From assembly GCA_944362765.1 (NCBI GenBank), contig CALVTP010000001.1, forward strand, positions 5,395 through 69,394: DNA of 64,000 bases. The letters run 5' to 3'. The position numbers and the translations under genes were made by a program. The stretch comes from an uncultured Clostridia bacterium. Lineage in GTDB: Bacteria; Bacillota; Clostridia; Christensenellales; DTU072. Below are positions 37,183-47,900 of the stretch, piece by piece; positions within the stretch are counted from its first letter, which is position 1, and every line of letters begins with the position of its first letter. Below the pieces are notes generated by a model, which saw only the letters and a list, made by a program, of their open reading frames with translations, did no database searches and was not told the origin of the DNA.

Positions 37183-39615
37183 ATGGACATCAAAAAAGTT
37201 TTGTCTGAGATGACTATAGAAGAAAAAGCGGGGTTGTGCTCGGGTAAGGACTTTTGGCGGTTCAAGAGCGTCGAAAGGCTGGGAGTGCCCGAAGTAATGG
37301 TTTCGGACGGTCCGCACGGACTCAGAAAACAAGCCGAAGGCGGCGACCACCTCGGTATCAACGACAGCATAGAAGCCACCTGTTTTCCGACCTCTGCGGG
37401 GCTTGCGGCGTCCTTCGACAGGGAGATAGCAGCCGAGCAGGGCGACGCATTGGGCGCCGAAGCCGCAGCCGAAAATCTCGCGGTGCTCCTGGGACCTGCA
37501 ATAAACATAAAACGCAGTCCCTTGTGCGGCAGAAACTTTGAATATATGTCCGAAGACCCGTATCTGACGGGCGAACTTGCCGCGGCGTATATCAACGCCG
37601 TACAGGCGCACGGAGTCGGCGTCAGCGTCAAGCACTTCGCTGCCAACAATCAGGAAGACAGGCGCATGACGATCTCCGCCGAAGTCGACGAGAGGACAAT
37701 GAGGGAAATCTATCTTCCCGCCTTCGAAACCGCCGTCAAAAAGAGCAATCCTTGGACGATAATGTGTTCCTACAACAGGATAAACGGCGTTTATTCGTCG
37801 GAAAATCCTTGGCTGTTGAATAAGGTTCTGCGCGACGAATGGGGGTTTGAAGGGCTGGTGGTGACCGATTGGGGCGCCATTAACGACAGAGTTTTGGGAC
37901 TGAAGTCGGGACTCGACGTCGAAATGCCTTCCAGCGGCGGTAAAAACGACAGGCTGATCGTCGAAGCGGTGAAAAACGGACAGCTCGACGAAGCTGTTCT
38001 CGATACCGCCTGCGAAAGGGTATTGAAGCTCATTGAAAAGGCGACGGAAAGGGAGCCCGGCGGCGTGTACGACCGCGACGCCGACCACATAAAAGCCGTA
38101 AAGATAGCGGCGGACTGCATGGTGCTGTTGAAAAACAATGGTATCCTGCCGCTTGAAAAAGGGAAAAAGTACGCTTTCATCGGCGAATTTGCCAAAAATC
38201 CGCGCCATCAGGGCGGCGGCAGTTCGCACATCAACACCAAGCGTGTGGTAGGTGCCTTCGACGCCGTAAAGGACGTTCAGAAGAGTTATGCGCCCGGTTA
38301 CCGCGAGCGCGACGAAGAAGACGAGGCGCTTATCCTGGAGGCGGTCAGGATAGCAAAGGACGCCGATGTGGCGATAGTCTTTGCGGGTCTCACCGACGCC
38401 ACCGAATCGGAAGGTTTCGACAGAAGGAACCTCGAGCTTCCCAAGAACCACAACGCGCTTATCGAGGCTGTGGCTTCGGCAAATCCGAATACCGTTGTCG
38501 TGCTGCATAACGGCGCGCCGGTCAAGATGCCTTGGCTTGGAAAGGTGGCGGCGGTTTTGGAGGCCTATCTTGGCGGCGAAGCTTCGGGAGAGGCGGCGGC
38601 GAAGCTGCTGTTCGGCGAGGTCAATCCTTCCGGGAAGCTCCCGGAGACTTTCCCGATGGAACTAAGTGACGTTCCTTCCTCCGAAAACTTCCCCGGCGGA
38701 GTCAAGTCCGTCCATTATAAAGAGGGACTCTATGTAGGCTACCGCTACTTCGACAAGACCTCGGTACCGGTGCTGTTCCCGTTCGGCTATGGGCTGTCTT
38801 ATACGACGTTTGGGTACTCGAACTTGAAGATAGAGAATCCCGAATGCGATATTTTGAAGGAAGATCTCATTGTCTCCTTCGACGTCGAGAACACCGGAAA
38901 ACGTTTCGGAAAAGAGGCTGTACAGCTCTATGTAAAGGATGTTCAGTCGACCGCATACCGCCCCGAGAAGGAATTGAAAGGGTTTGAAAAAGTGGCTTTG
39001 GAGCCGGGCGAAAAGAAGCGTGTCACAATGGCTTTGGACAAACGCGCCTTTGCGTTCTGGAACGAAAATACCAAGGCGTTCGAGGTGGAGAGCGGCGAGT
39101 TCGAAATCCTTGTCGGCGCCTCTTCCAAAGACATCCGCCTTTCCGAAAAGATTGCTTTGAACGGCGACGCCACGGATATCCCCGACGACAAGGCGCGCCT
39201 TCCGCACTATTATGCGGCGGAGCCCGATAAAGTCACCGACGAGGAGTTCAGAGAGCTTCTCGGCAGGGAGCCGATGGAGGAAAACAATCCCGAGGGAGCC
39301 AAACTCGACAAGAGCGCTACTTTCGAGGACGCCAAAAACCGCGGCAGCGGACTGGGACGTTTCGTAGCGTGGCTGCTGCCGAAGGTGGTGCCCGGGACGG
39401 GGCTCGGCGGCAACGAAGTAATGGTCAATATCATCATGCAGACGCCCGTGCACGCCATGATTAACATGTCCGGCGGACTGTTGACGGAGGATATGGGCGA
39501 AGGGCTGGTAATGCTGTTTAATTCGGAACACCGCCTGAAGGCGTTCGGAAAGATCCTGAAAGGAATCCTCGGCATGGGTAAGCGCGCAAAACTTGCGAAG
39601 GAGAATAAACTTTAA
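37183..39615 (+). CDS. glycoside hydrolase family 3 beta-glucosidase (BglX-like) with C-terminal Fn3-like domain
   Basis: MTIEEKAGLCSG, VSDGPHGLRK, a nucleophile region VVTDWGA (the GH3 SDW pattern), and a later FGYGLSYT motif. Confidence 0.9.
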   Translation: MDIKKVLSEMTIEEKAGLCSGKDFWRFKSVERLGVPEVMVSDGPHGLRKQAEGGDHLGINDSIEATCFPTSAGLAASFDREIAAEQGDALGAEAAAENLAVLLGPAINIKRSPLCGRNFEYMSEDPYLTGELAAAYINAVQAHGVGVSVKHFAANNQEDRRMTISAEVDERTMREIYLPAFETAVKKSNPWTIMCSYNRINGVYSSENPWLLNKVLRDEWGFEGLVVTDWGAINDRVLGLKSGLDVEMPSSGGKNDRLIVEAVKNGQLDEAVLDTACERVLKLIEKATEREPGGVYDRDADHIKAVKIAADCMVLLKNNGILPLEKGKKYAFIGEFAKNPRHQGGGSSHINTKRVVGAFDAVKDVQKSYAPGYRERDEEDEALILEAVRIAKDADVAIVFAGLTDATESEGFDRRNLELPKNHNALIEAVASANPNTVVVLHNGAPVKMPWLGKVAAVLEAYLGGEASGEAAAKLLFGEVNPSGKLPETFPMELSDVPSSENFPGGVKSVHYKEGLYVGYRYFDKTSVPVLFPFGYGLSYTTFGYSNLKIENPECDILKEDLIVSFDVENTGKRFGKEAVQLYVKDVQSTAYRPEKELKGFEKVALEPGEKKRVTMALDKRAFAFWNENTKAFEVESGEFEILVGASSKDIRLSEKIALNGDATDIPDDKARLPHYYAAEPDKVTDEEFRELLGREPMEENNPEGAKLDKSATFEDAKNRGSGLGRFVAWLLPKVVPGTGLGGNEVMVNIIMQTPVHAMINMSGGLLTEDMGEGLVMLFNSEHRLKAFGKILKGILGMGKRAKLAKENKL

Positions 39616-39667
39616 ATCTCCGATATAAATCGGACATAGAACAGTCCGACATTAATAAGCCACGAAA

Positions 39668-39692
39668 AGTCCGCACTCGGTGCGGGCTTTTT
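39668..39692 (+). terminator. rho-independent terminator after the GH3 gene
   Basis: AGTCCGCAC-tcg-GTGCGGGCT (9 bp, one G-U) followed by TTTTT. Confidence 0.85.
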
Positions 39693-39812
39693 GCGTCTTT
39701 TTGCTTTTTTCGGAACCGGGAAGAAAAATTAGCGAAAAAAACTTCCCTCCCGAAAAAAATTATATCAACCGGGGGCGCGCCTTCATATATTGTCGTATTG
39801 ACAGGGGGCAAT

Positions 39813-41831
39813 GTGAAAAACTATTTCGGAACGGACGGCATAAGAGGTAAGGCGGAGAGCTTTACGCCTTCGTTTATCGGCGCTGTCGTGGCGGCGATAG
39901 CCGAGTACTACAATAAGCCCGATATCGTCATCGGGCGCGACCCGAGGCTTAGCGGAAGTGAGATAACGGCACTTTTTAAAGGCGCTGCCGGTGCGGCGGG
40001 AATGAGCGTTACGGACGCCGGCATGGTGCCCACTCCGGCGCTCGCCTTTCTGACCGAAAAGCGTGGAGCGGGGCTCGGGGTGATGGTGTCGGCTTCTCAT
40101 AATCCACCCGAGTACAACGGTTTGAAATTGTTTTCCGGGAGGGGGGCGAAGATAACGACCGCCGAAGAAGAAGCGCTGTCGGCGTTGATAGAGAAAGAAC
40201 TCGAAACCCCGGGTATAAGCGGCGAGTTTGTCAAAACAGAGGCAAACGAGTACAGCCTGATAGAGGAATACATAGCGGGCGTCGGCGAACAATTCAGCGC
40301 CGACTTCAGGGGAATGAAAGTAGTTCTGGACGGCGGCTCGGGAGCTGCGGGCGGCGCCGCGGCAAAGCTTTTTTCCGCGTTCGGCGCCGAGGTCGAACTT
40401 TTAAATGACGCGAACGGCGCCGAAATAAACGTCGGCACCGGGGCGGCGCACCCGGAATACCTGTTGAAAGCGGCGGGAGAGGCGGACATCGCCTTTGCCT
40501 ACGACGGCGACGGCGACAGAGTTATGTGCGTAAGGCACGCGCGGATACTCTCCGGAGACGAGATGCTGTATATCGTATTAAAAAATATGATACGTTCGGG
40601 AGGGTTGGAGCCGCCGGTCGCGGTGGGCACGATAATGACGAATTACGGCGCGGAGGAGTCGCTGAAGGGGCTGGGAATCTCCCTTCTGAGGACGCCGGTC
40701 GGGGACAAATTCGTCTCCGAAGCAATGGAAAAAACGGGCGCGAAAGCGGGCGGAGAAAGGTCGGGACATCTGATTTTCAAGGACTACCTGAACACCGGGG
40801 ACGGCATATTGACGTCGCTTCTCGTGGCAAAGGCTTTTTCGGAATACGGCGACGAAGCGCGGGAAGGTTACTTCGAATTTCCGGCAGCGGAGGGCGTTTT
40901 GCCTGCCACCGAAGAGGGGAAAAAACTGATGAGAGTTTCGCCGGAAATCGACGCATTTATCGCCGCGGAGAGCGCTTCCCGGGGCGTTGAAATCATTGCG
41001 CGCCCGTCCGGGACGGAACCGGTCATAAGGGTCAAGGCGGAGGCTCGCGACACGGAAACCGCGGTGCTGACACTTAACAGGACGATGGCTTATATAGAAA
41101 GCTTCATAAAATCAAAAATCAAGAATAAGGCTTCTGAAATCGATTTAACGGATACCCAAAACCAAGGAATAAAGCAAGAGACTTTGGAGCGCATCCGTCT
41201 TACGGGAGGAGTGGTGATCGCCCCCGAACTATGCTTTATCTCCCCCGAAGTCGTCGTGAAAAAAGGAGCCGTCATACACCCGTTCACGGTGCTTTCGGGC
41301 GCTGCCGTTTTGGAGGAAGGCGCCGAAGTAAAAAGCTTTTCCTGTATCCGCGACTCCGTTGTCGGAGAGGGGAGTGTCGTAAGCCATACCGTGGCTGTGG
41401 GGGCGAAAATAGGAAAGCATTCGTCGGTCGGTCCCTTCGCGTTTTTGCGCCCGGGAGCAGTCATCGGCGACGGGGTCAGGGTAGGAGATTTTGTCGAAAT
41501 CAAAAACGCCGTTTTAGGAGACGGCGTCAAGGCGGCGCACCTTAGCTACATAGGCGACGCCGTCGTCGGGGACGGTACCAACGTCGGGTGCGGCACGGTT
41601 TTTGCAAATTATGACGGGGCGAAAAAACACAGAACCGAAGTCGGGAAGGGGGCGTTTATCGGCTGCAATGCCAATCTGATAGCGCCGCTGAAAATCGGCG
41701 ACGGCGCTTTTATCGCGGGCGGGAGCACCGTGACGGAGGACGTGGGAGCGGGCGAAATCTGCTTCGGAAGGTCCCGTCAGGTCAATAAGCCGGGAAAGTC
41801 CCGCGGGGAGCCCCGGGATACGGAAAAGTAG
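39813..41831 (+). CDS. phosphoglucosamine mutase fused to a GlmU-type left-handed-beta-helix acetyltransferase domain
   Basis: The GlmM half has YFGTDGIRG, the phosphoserine loop SASHNP, metal loop DGDGDR, GERSGH and RPSGTEP. An AT-rich linker spans 41091-41180. The C-terminal ~215 aa carry the GlmU acetyltransferase pattern HLSYIGDAVVGDGTNVGCGTVFANYDGAKKHRTEVGKGAFIGCNANLIAP. GTG at 39813 (RBS AGGGGG) is preferred to TTG at 39798. Confidence 0.85.
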   Translation: MKNYFGTDGIRGKAESFTPSFIGAVVAAIAEYYNKPDIVIGRDPRLSGSEITALFKGAAGAAGMSVTDAGMVPTPALAFLTEKRGAGLGVMVSASHNPPEYNGLKLFSGRGAKITTAEEEALSALIEKELETPGISGEFVKTEANEYSLIEEYIAGVGEQFSADFRGMKVVLDGGSGAAGGAAAKLFSAFGAEVELLNDANGAEINVGTGAAHPEYLLKAAGEADIAFAYDGDGDRVMCVRHARILSGDEMLYIVLKNMIRSGGLEPPVAVGTIMTNYGAEESLKGLGISLLRTPVGDKFVSEAMEKTGAKAGGERSGHLIFKDYLNTGDGILTSLLVAKAFSEYGDEAREGYFEFPAAEGVLPATEEGKKLMRVSPEIDAFIAAESASRGVEIIARPSGTEPVIRVKAEARDTETAVLTLNRTMAYIESFIKSKIKNKASEIDLTDTQNQGIKQETLERIRLTGGVVIAPELCFISPEVVVKKGAVIHPFTVLSGAAVLEEGAEVKSFSCIRDSVVGEGSVVSHTVAVGAKIGKHSSVGPFAFLRPGAVIGDGVRVGDFVEIKNAVLGDGVKAAHLSYIGDAVVGDGTNVGCGTVFANYDGAKKHRTEVGKGAFIGCNANLIAPLKIGDGAFIAGGSTVTEDVGAGEICFGRSRQVNKPGKSRGEPRDTEK

Positions 41832-41897
41832 TCTTTCGAATCTTCCTTGGGCGGCCGAACGGAGCCGCGGAAGGTAAAAGTATAGCAAAATTCAGCG

Positions 41898-41921
41898 GGA
41901 GCCCTTGCGGGCTTCTTTTTT
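41898..41921 (+). terminator. rho-independent terminator after the glmM-fusion gene
   Basis: GGAGCCC-ttgc-GGGCTTC followed by TTTTTT. Confidence 0.6.
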
Positions 41922-41992
41922 ATTATATATAATTAAGTCATGTATGGCGCGTTGCGCGGGAGCGCACGCGTATGTGTTAAGGAGATATCGAT

Positions 41993-44900
41993 ATGGCGCG
42001 TTACAGAATCCCCGGAAAAAATTACTCCAGACGGAGCATATTCGGCATAACGGCGATAGTAGTTGTCGTTGCCGCATTGGTGGCGGCGGGCGTCGCGGTG
42101 GCGGTGCTTCCGTCTGTCGTCGACGGGCATGAGGGTTCGGAATTTGTCACGGACGGCGGGTATACGCGCCCCGTTGTCACGGCGATAGTTTTGGAAAACG
42201 ACGGCAGGATTTCGGTAAACGCCAATCTCGAAAACGTATTTGCGACCGTTCAATATTCCGACGGGAGCGTCGAGCAGGTGGCTTTGTCCGAAATGCTGAT
42301 AGAAGGACTCGATCTGACTCAGTCGAATACTTCGTCGGACGTCGTTCTGGACTTCGGCGGATTCAAACAGAGCGTCGTTTTCGAGGTCATACCGACGACG
42401 CTGACGGTTACATACATAGCGGGCGAGGGCGGTTCGGTAGAGGGCGACCTCATCCAGGAAGTAATTGCGGGCGAAGACGCGACGACGGTGAGAGCCGTTC
42501 CCGACGCCGGGTATGAGTTTGTGCGTTGGACGGACGGTTATCCCGAACCGGAAAGGCGCGACAGGGCGATAAGCAAGACGACTACGTTGCAGGCGGTATT
42601 CAGAAAACAGACATTCACGGTGGTATTCTTCTATCCCGACGGCACTACGGCGAGGGAGGAGACGGTGCAGTACAACATGTCTCCGACGGATATCCCCGAT
42701 CCCGACGAAGGCGAAATGCGTCTGTACGGATATCGCTTTGCCGGCTGGGACACCGATTACAGTCATATAACCCAAGACACCGAAATTCACCCGATAATGG
42801 TCAAGCATGCCATAGACCTGAACTTCACGGCGACGTCGGACGGCGACGGCGCTTTGGGAGGCATACAAGACATTATGCCCTACTATCCGATAGGGCAGCA
42901 GACGGTATTGAGGCTGACCCCGAACACCGAAAGGGTATTCCTCGGCTGGGAGATTACCGACAAGGACGGTTCAGTCGTCGAATTCCCCGCCGACAACATA
43001 ACGGGAGAAGGGTACAGTCGGTCGGTTTCGCTGTTCGACTCAATCTCGGTGACGTTTACCGCCGGGCAGACGGGCACGGAAGGAAGAAACGAATATACTT
43101 TGTCGTTCACCATTCCCGAAGGGGCGGTAACGGGCACTTTCGACCTCAATATCCACGCCGAGTTTGCTTATAGTAAGAGCATAGTCACCTTCGTAAGCCA
43201 AGGGGCTTCCGGCAACTTATATAGTGCCGAACTTAATTACGGCACCCCCGTCGGAACGCTTTTTGCGGAGGCGGAAAGCAGGCTTCCCGAGAGATCCGGT
43301 TACGAGTTTGCGGGCTGGTATTACGAACTGAATGAGTCCGGGGCGCCCGATGTATTGGACGGCGACGAGTTCATCGCAATGGACGCGACGCTGACGGCGC
43401 TTTGGGAAAGCCTCAGTTACGATGTGAAATTCATATTGGACGGCATCGATAACGCAGAGGATTTTGAGGGACTTGACGGATATTTCAACGAAGACGGTAA
43501 TAGAGGAATAAGGCTCAGAGTAAAGTACTCCGATACCCTCGAAAGTGCCGTTTCCGGCACGATTGACGGCGTCGAATACGGCGTATATCCCGCCGTCGCT
43601 CCGGAAAAGGAAAATTATATTTTCAACGGCTGGTATGTCGTCGACGCCAACGGCGCCATGACGGAGACCGCCGCTGCGAAAGATTACATAGTAAGCGGCG
43701 ACACGACGCTAAGGGCGAAATTTTTGCCGCGCACGGTGAATGTTAAAATCGTTGCGGACGGCGGAGTCGTCGAAGGCGCGGACAACGTTTCCGTCTTCGG
43801 TTCGGTAATGGTGCCTGTGACGGAAGACTTCTCCTTCCGCACAAAGCCGAATGTCGGGTATTCGCTTGGCGACATCCTGTGGAACGGTGAAACGTACATC
43901 GAAGCTCCCGTCGTCGGAGAGGACGGTTACTTTGACGGCTCCATAGCGGCAAGCGATTTGCAGAAGGTCAATACCGAAGCAACTCTGACGATAATTTTCA
44001 TTCCCGAGAACAATCGTATCACCATAGAAGCGTCGGGCGGCGGCGGAACATTTACTTACAATCTGACGGGAGCCGCGGGCGGAGAAACTTTCGATGTGGC
44101 GGCGGGAAATTCCGCCTACTTCGAAGTGCCCGACGGAAGCTCCGTTACGATAGCCATCCGTCCCTCCAATATCCAGCAAAGGATAAGTTCGGTGTCGGTC
44201 GATTCCGCTCCCGAGATGACGGTGCCGCAGTCGGAATACAACCTGATTCTGGAAGCGGTCGACGCCGACAAGAACATAGTGGTCGAATTCGAAAACGTCT
44301 ATTACTCGATAGACTATCCGACCGAAGAAGAGTGGGAAGGCTATTCGATAAACTCCTACGACGTGACGGCGGGCATGACCCACCTGCAAGGCAGCAACGT
44401 CAAATTCACCGTAACGGCGGAGGAAGGCAAATATATTTCGGAGGTTCGCGTAAACGGCACGTTTATGGACGTTTACAACCTTGAAAACGGCTTGACGGCA
44501 TATTGCACCATAGACGAATTCTACGTCAACGGCGCGCTTTACGAAAATAATGCTCCCGTCACCGGAGTCAACGATTACCGTATAACCGCCATAACCTTCA
44601 ACGTAGCCGGCATCATGCAGAACACGGTGATATCGGTGGCGGCGGAGGATATGTATTATAACGTGTCGTTTTCGGTAGTCGACGAAAGCGGCAATTCCGT
44701 AGACGCGACGCTTTCCCCGGGAGGATCATTCACGGAGGAATACGGCAGCACGGCTTCCGTCGACGCTACGGTGCAGAACATCTATTATATTTATTCCGTT
44801 TACGACAGCGCGCGGGGAGAGACGGAATTGTTGTCGCAGCAGCTGTCTGCTTATCAATATACGACCGAGCCGCTGACGGGAGATACGGAGATAGTCTTCA

Positions 44901-47900
44901 CGGTGCGACCGGCGCTCAGGACGATAACCTTCAGCTTCCCCGCCGGGATAATAGGCATAGAATATAACTCCGCCATTTTGGATATCGGCGCCGAAGAGAC
45001 GACATACACCGTAAGTGACATCGTCAACGGCGGCAATGCCACTTTCAGACTGTATGTGAAATCGGTCGGGTATCAGCTCGACAGCGTCTCTTCCGTCAGC
45101 GATTCCGGAACGATTAACGAAGACGTCGGCTTCAGGGTGACCTCTCATACCATGACCTTCAACTCCGTCGAAAGCGACTACGAGGTCAATGTCAGGGCGT
45201 CCGAAATAAACTACGACGTTGAAATTTTCGCCGTCAACAAAAAAAATGTAACCATAAGTATTGCCGGCGGCAGTCCCGTATCCGGAGACGGCACGGGGAC
45301 AATGCTGGAGCTGACATACGATGCCTACATGAACGGCAGTGCCGAAATAAGCATAATGCTTACCGGTAAGACCGCTCTTTCTGCCGGCGACATCATCGTC
45401 ATGAACGCAACGGGCGGCGATTACGGATACATATATGCCGAAGACGACCCTGAGGAGGGCGGATATTATAAACTGGAGGGCGATGTCTCCAATCCGACTC
45501 TGACCGTGTACAGGATAGCTTCCGATGTCACCATTTATCTGAATATCCACGACAAAGAAGCAAGCTCGATAACCTTCGGCGCTTCGGGCGCAGGCAGTTT
45601 GACCGCCGAAAAAGGCGGAGTATCAATCACGTCCGGCGACCCCGTCTCGGCAGGGGATGAGATAATATTTAAGGCAAAGCTTCAAGGGACAAGTCTTTTA
45701 GGCTTTATGATCGACGGAAGCTGGGTCTCGGCAGACAGCAGCGAAATCGAGTATGCCGACGGCGTATACGAATACATTTATGTTGTGAAGGAAGGCGTGT
45801 CGCCGCAGGTCTTTGCTTTCTTCGGTGAACTTCGCTATCCGGTCATCATTGACACGCAGATATCGGGCGGCACGGTAAGGACGGAGCCCGAATCGGTTTC
45901 CGGCGGAGAGACGCTGAGAATCAAATTCATTCCGGACGAAGGGTACAAGCTGAAGAGCTACAGCCTGACATATAACGCGACAGGCGATACGTATGAAGAC
46001 TGGGCAGGATTGCCCGGCGAGGGCGCTTCCCTGACGGCAGAGTACACCATCAATGAGAATTACAACGGCAGCGTGACGGTAAGAGCCGTGTTCGAACCGA
46101 TAACCTTCTCGGTCGAGTGGGACTACGACGCCCAAAACGGTTCGGCTATTGTTCCGGACGCCGCCACAGAATACGAAGAAATGGAATACGGTTCCGTGTT
46201 ACGGCTTGAAATAAAGGCGAACTCCGGACAATACATTTCGTCGATAACGGTGAACGGGCTGGAGTACGGCGCCGAGAATCTCTCTAACGCAAGCTACGAC
46301 GAAGATCTCCGGAAATACACCTCCGGTACCCTTGAAATCACCGTGCGGACAGATATTTACGTCGTTATCAGTTACAGCCCCGGCGTGTACACGCTGTCGA
46401 TACGCGATAACCCCGGCGGCGTCACTTATGCTTCCTGCGGGAACGGCGCGTACGGCGATGTCGACTCTCTGAGCTTCACCGCCAAGGATGTAATCAAATT
46501 GAAGCTGGAAGCCGAAGAGGGCTATCACATCGAGTCCATAAGAATTCACGGAGAAATTTATGACGAATGGCTCGATTCGGTCGAAGGGATAGAAGATGAA
46601 GTACGGCAGCTGGTGCTGACATTGACCGAAGGCGACGAGCTGCGCGGCGAAGGACTCGGCAATATAGACATCGAAGTTACCTATCGGATAAATGTCTATG
46701 ACGTCGTTCTGAGCGCCTCCAACTCGAGCCCCAACTTTGCCGATTTCGACAGAGTGCCTGCCGACTTCGGTACCGTGACGATATTCGGTGAGGCAGCGGC
46801 GGATTCCTTTGCGGTGGAGCACGGAGCCAATATTCTTGTCGTGGTTTCGCCCGTGCGTTCCAAGCGTTATATCGTCAGCTCCATGACCGTCAACGGCGTT
46901 TACGTGGATATCGGCACGGGTGACGGAGGCATACAAAGCACCGGCGGCAACTATCTGATAAACGTCACCGACGACATCGAAGTCGAAGTAGTGTTCACGC
47001 GCGAAACTTACGGCACCAGTCTTACGGATTATTTCAACAATCCCGCCGGCATCGAGCAGACTACCGGCGTCAACGCCTGGGCGGGCGAATTCTCGTTGGC
47101 GTTTACGCATCCGAACGACTCCTCCCGCGAAGTCATAGCGTCCGCGGAAAACACCTATGAGTACGGTTTAAGGTATGTGCTTACCGCCAATCCGGGAACG
47201 GGATATAATGTCGAAAGCCTCATGATAAACGGAGAGGAGTCCAAGGATTCTCTCGGTTCCGCTTACGTCGTCAGAAGGATTCTCGGCTCCTCCCTCGAGG
47301 TACAGGTGACCTTCGCCATCAGTTTCTACCGCGTAGAGTACACATTCAGCTCCGCAGAGGCTTTTGACAGCTCCGGAGCGCTTATAAGTTACGGTTCCGG
47401 AGCGCTGAACGTCACAAGGCGGGACGAAAGCACGCTGAATCTGTTCGATGCGGAAAGCGATACGACCTACCAACTCGTCAACGGCGGACTCGTAAGGGAT
47501 ATAACCGTAGACGGGAGTACGCTGGTCGCGTGGGTAAGCTACGGCTCCGAATTGACATTTATCGCCACTCCGTCGTTTGCCGATCGCGGCGGAAGGGTTT
47601 CCGATATCGATTTCCGTTCCGCAAATTCTTCCGTCGGCGTCGACCCCGTCGAGGACGGACAGCCGATGGCCCTGACCCGCAGGATAGCCGCCGATTCCAC
47701 GCTTTCGGTGGAATTCGACATAACCGTATACGAGTTTAAAGTTACCTCCGGGGTGGGCGGCAGCGTCGTATTAACGGGCAACATGGACGGAGATATGATA
47801 GATTGGCACCAAGCCGTGTCGATAGCTCTCACCCTTTCTGAAGGTTACGAGCTTCCCTCGGACTCCGTAGCAGTCTATATCGACGGCGTCCTCGACGAAA

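Noticed and set aside
39616-39812. glmS ribozyme upstream of the GlmM-fusion gene
   Set aside because: The gene is glmM-like, not glmS. The region contains a terminator and an A/T-rich spacer but none of the conserved glmS ribozyme core sequence.
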